64,000 nucleotides of DNA from Nannocystis bainbridge (GTDB lineage: Bacteria > Myxococcota_A > Polyangia > Nannocystales > Nannocystaceae). A model generated the notes under the pieces. That model saw only the letters and a program-made list of their open reading frames with translations, was not told where the DNA came from and ran no database searches. The position numbers and the translations under genes are program-made. This document shows positions 60,779 to 64,000 of this stretch, piece after piece; position 1 is the stretch's first letter, and each line of letters begins with the position of its first letter. Location: the NCBI RefSeq assembly GCF_028368995.1, contig NZ_JAQNDL010000003.1, positions 1,184,001-1,248,000 of the forward strand, read 5' to 3'.

Positions 60779-61246
60779 ATGACCCCACGACTGCAGAGCA
60801 ACCCGTTCAAACTCGCCCCCGAAAGCACCAAGGCGCTGATGGCCCTCGAGGCGAGCTTCAAGGCGAGCGGCCTCGAGCACAGCCTGATGGAGCTGGTGAG
60901 GATGCGCGCCTCGCAGATCAACGGCTGCGCCTACTGCATCCACCTGCACGCCACCGACGCCCGCAAGTCCGGCGAGACCGAGATGCGGCTCTACATGCTC
61001 AACGCGTGGCGCGAGTCGTCCCTCTACACCCCGCGCGAGCGCGCCGCCCTGGCCTGGACCGAGGCCCTCACGCGCGTCGCCGACACCGGCGCCCCCGACA
61101 GCGACTACGAGTTGGTCAAGGCCCAGTTCAACGAGGCCGAGCAGGTCCACCTGACGCTCCTGATCGGCTCGATCAACACGTGGAACCGCTTGCAGGTCGG
61201 CTTCCGCGCGGCGCACCCCGCGGAGCCTGCGAGTGCAGCCGGCTGA
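60779..61246 (+). CDS. Carboxymuconolactone decarboxylase / AhpD-family protein
   Basis: RASQINGCAYCIHLH, INTWNRL. Confidence 0.93.
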   Translation: MTPRLQSNPFKLAPESTKALMALEASFKASGLEHSLMELVRMRASQINGCAYCIHLHATDARKSGETEMRLYMLNAWRESSLYTPRERAALAWTEALTRVADTGAPDSDYELVKAQFNEAEQVHLTLLIGSINTWNRLQVGFRAAHPAEPASAAG

Positions 61247-62117
61247 CGACGCCACCATCGATCCCTTCGAGGCGCAGCGGCCCCGCCTGCTGCGCCTCGC
61301 CTATCGCATGCTCGGCTCGCTCGCCGAGGCCGAGGACATCGTCCAGGACGCCTGGCTGCGGTGGCGCAAGGTCGAGGCCCCCGTCGACGCTCCCGCCGCC
61401 TACCTCAAGCAGATCGTCGCGCGCCTGTGCCTCGATCGCATGAAGTCCGCGCGAGCGCGGCGCGAGGAGTACGTCGGCGCCTGGCTGCCCGAGCCGCTGC
61501 TCGCCCCCGAGTCGAGCGACGCCGACGACGACCTGACGCTCACCCTGATGCTCGCGCTCGAGCGCCTCTCGCCGCTCGAGCGCGCCGCCTTCCTGCTCCA
61601 CGACGTGTTCGGCGTCGCCCTCGGCGAGGTCGCCAGCACCCTCGACCGCGACGCCGCCGCCGTCCGCCAGCTGGCCGCCCGCGCGCGCAAGCACGTGCAG
61701 ACGGCCCGCCCGCGCTACCGCGTCGAGCCGGCCGAGGCCGACCGGATCGCCCGCGCCTTCTTCGTCGCCTCGCGCGACGGCGACGTGCAGGCCCTGCAGG
61801 CGATGCTCGCCGAGGACGTCGTGATCCACGCCGACGGCGGCGGCCGGGTGGTCGCCTTCCGCAACCCGATCCGCGGGCTCCAGCGGGTGCTCCGCCTGTT
61901 CGCCGGCCTTTACCGCAAGTTCAAGTCCCCGCCCGTGCTGCTGCGCCCGCTCGTCATCGACGGCCTGCCCGGCTACGCCAGCTTCGACCGCGGCGACGTG
62001 CTGCAGACCACCGCGCTCGAGCTCGTGGACGGTCGAATCACCGCGATCTACATCGTCCGCAACCCGGACAAGCTGCGCCACGTCGCCGCCGCGCTGGCCG
62101 CCGCCGACGAGTTATAG
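61233..62117 (+). CDS. ECF41-type RNA polymerase sigma factor with SnoaL-like extension
   Basis: YRMLGS..AEDIVQD, WLPEP, DGGG, NPDKL motifs. Confidence 0.93.
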   Translation: MQPADDATIDPFEAQRPRLLRLAYRMLGSLAEAEDIVQDAWLRWRKVEAPVDAPAAYLKQIVARLCLDRMKSARARREEYVGAWLPEPLLAPESSDADDDLTLTLMLALERLSPLERAAFLLHDVFGVALGEVASTLDRDAAAVRQLAARARKHVQTARPRYRVEPAEADRIARAFFVASRDGDVQALQAMLAEDVVIHADGGGRVVAFRNPIRGLQRVLRLFAGLYRKFKSPPVLLRPLVIDGLPGYASFDRGDVLQTTALELVDGRITAIYIVRNPDKLRHVAAALAAADEL

Positions 62118-62121
62118 CGAC

Positions 62122-62205
62122 TGTCCATAAGGACATGTCCTCCACGACTTGTCCACTCGGACATTCTCTAAGCGACATGCTCTATAGAACATGTCCTCTC
62201 GACCA
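62122..62205. repeat. Chain of six 14-bp TGTCC-N4-GGACA-type dyads after the sigma factor stop
   Basis: Units at 62122, 62136, 62150, 62164, 62178 and 62192. Confidence 0.9.
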
Positions 62206-62282
62206 TCCCGGATAGCGCGCCGCCGGCACGACCGCAGCCCCTCCGCGACCGAGTCGAAGCGATACGTCCCGGCTCTGCGCCG

Positions 62283-62930
62283 TCAGTGCCCGCCCGCGGC
62301 GTACAGCGGCAGCAGCGCGATCGTGCGGGCGAAGCCTGCTGGATCGGCGACCAGCGCCCGGCCGAGCTCCAGCGCCACCTGCGAGCCCTCCTTGACGATC
62401 GACTTGGCGAGCTCGAGCGACGCCGCCCCGCGATCGAAGCACCGCTCGGCCCGCAGCTCGCCGACCACCACCACGTCCGCCTCGCCGTCCCGCGTGAACC
62501 TGCAATCGACGGTGAACGAGAAGAACCGCGCCTCGTAGTCCCATTCGTCGAGCTCGAGCTGGCAATCCTCGGCGGGTCTCCACCCGTCGAAACCCGCGGC
62601 GTACAGCCCGATATCGGCCTGCCACACCCCGCGCTCGTTCAGTTCGAGGGCGACGCCGAAGGCCAGCGGATCGCCGGCGTCGGCCGCCATCGCCAGCGCG
62701 AAGCTGCGATTGAACGCCCCCGTGTGCTCGTTGTCGGTCCCGTCCATCTCGCACGACGCTGTCGGGTCGTCGGCCCACGCCTCGCGCTCGCCGCCGAACT
62801 CGCGCTCCTGCCCGCCGGCGCCGATCACCAGCGAGGCGGTGACGATCGCGGGCTCGCGCTCATGCCCCAGATCCGCCACGAGCCCGCAAGCGACGAGACA
62901 ACAACCGAGCGGCAAGATCACGGGCTTCAT
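62283..62930 (-). CDS. Putative lipoprotein (start uncertain)
   Basis: Lipobox LVAC, globular-type composition. Confidence 0.65.
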   Translation of the reverse strand: MKPVILPLGCCLVACGLVADLGHEREPAIVTASLVIGAGGQEREFGGEREAWADDPTASCEMDGTDNEHTGAFNRSFALAMAADAGDPLAFGVALELNERGVWQADIGLYAAGFDGWRPAEDCQLELDEWDYEARFFSFTVDCRFTRDGEADVVVVGELRAERCFDRGAASLELAKSIVKEGSQVALELGRALVADPAGFARTIALLPLYAAGGH

Positions 62931-63394
62931 GACGGTCGCGGCCAGCATAGGCGAGGCGCTCCGCAGTGTCATCGGCCGCCCGCGAACCTCGCGCACGTCG
63001 CGCTGTACGGGCCCGCGGAGCCCGCCCGCCGCGCCCGGGGCCCCCGCCGCCGCCTCGAGTTGCTCGCGCGCCCGCTCGCGCCCACACACCCGGGACAAAC
63101 CCCGCGCCGCGTCGGCCCGCTCTCGTCATCGGCTGTCCTTCAAGACATGTCCATGAAGCCATCCCACGATTCCGCCCGCGAGCCCCTCCCGGGCGCGATT
63201 TCGCCGACAGCCGCGAGCGCCCCCACATCGTCGCGGCGGCTCCGCACCGACCCCTCCCCCACCGCGGCACCCATCAAGACGATCGCCGACATTCCCCCCG
63301 CCGGCCGCGATCCTGCCCCCATGCGGGCCTCAGGGCGATCCTGCGCCCGCGCGCGCCCCAGTCGCCGCCGCATCTTGATTCGCCGGAGGCAGCC

Positions 63395-64000
63395 ATGAGC
63401 ATTTCCAATTACATCGGACGAGTCCTCGGCGTGGCGCTGGCCCCGGCCGCGTTCGTCGCCAGCGCGCTCCGCCGCGACCGGATCTTCCACCCCGACGGCG
63501 TGCTCTACCGGGCCGAGGTCGAGCCCGCCGCGCAGCACGCCGCCCTCAGGCCGCTGGCCAAGCGGCTCGCCGGGGTCGCGCTCGTGCGCCTCTCGGGCGC
63601 GCTGTGGCGCTGGCCGCAAGGCCGCCGCCGGCCCGACCTGCTGGGCGTCAGCGTGCGGGTCCGCGGCAACGACGAGACCACCCTGCGCCGCCTGCCCGGC
63701 GACCAGGACCTCTCGTTCGTCACCGCGACCTCGCTCCTGCGCATGCCGATCGCCGCGCTCGCCACCGACACCGGTGATTACCTCGACAACTCCTATTATT
63801 CGCTCCTGCCCTACCGCCTCGAGGGGCTCGGCCAGGTCCGCCTGCGCCTCGTCTCGCTCCAGCCCGCCCCCGCGGGCGCCGACCGCAACCGGCGGCTCGA
63901 GCTCGCGGTCGCCAAGCGCAAGGCGATCTTCTGCCTGGAGCTGCAGGGCGAGGCGCTCGGCGACGACTGGCACCCGCTGGCGACCGTCGACCTGCGCGAC
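63395..64000 (+). CDS. Catalase-related heme-fold-like protein, runs off the window end
   Basis: RIFHPDG, LVRLS, PDLLGVSVR, QDL motifs. Confidence 0.7.
   Translation, partial: MSISNYIGRVLGVALAPAAFVASALRRDRIFHPDGVLYRAEVEPAAQHAALRPLAKRLAGVALVRLSGALWRWPQGRRRPDLLGVSVRVRGNDETTLRRLPGDQDLSFVTATSLLRMPIAALATDTGDYLDNSYYSLLPYRLEGLGQVRLRLVSLQPAPAGADRNRRLELAVAKRKAIFCLELQGEALGDDWHPLATVDLRD

Overview
High-GC bacterial DNA, most likely a Nannocystis-like myxobacterium (inferred from type I PKS genes, Ser/Thr kinase-TPR and FHA genes, and many Thr-rich or Cys-rich lipoproteins). Bases 1-8.7 kb are the 3' end of a type I PKS cluster (KR-ACP; KS-AT-DH-ACP; type II thioesterase; P450). The rest is an accessory mosaic: lipoproteins, regulators, galM, a Tat-exported superoxide-reductase-like protein, a three-gene DyP peroxidase operon, two kinases, a frameshifted giant ComEC-like metallo-beta-lactamase-fold gene, a two-component cluster, an ECF41 locus and many gene fragments. 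The strongest unexplained signal is a dispersed 14-bp dyad, TGTCC-N4-GGACA. It occurs at about 11 loci: as head-to-tail 14-bp chains next to stop codons, as the core of a 35-bp intergenic tandem repeat, and as the core of a homologous 36-bp in-frame repeat inside a kinase gene. No rRNA, tRNA, CRISPR array or intact transposase was recognised. Family calls come from motif recognition by eye, not from database searches.
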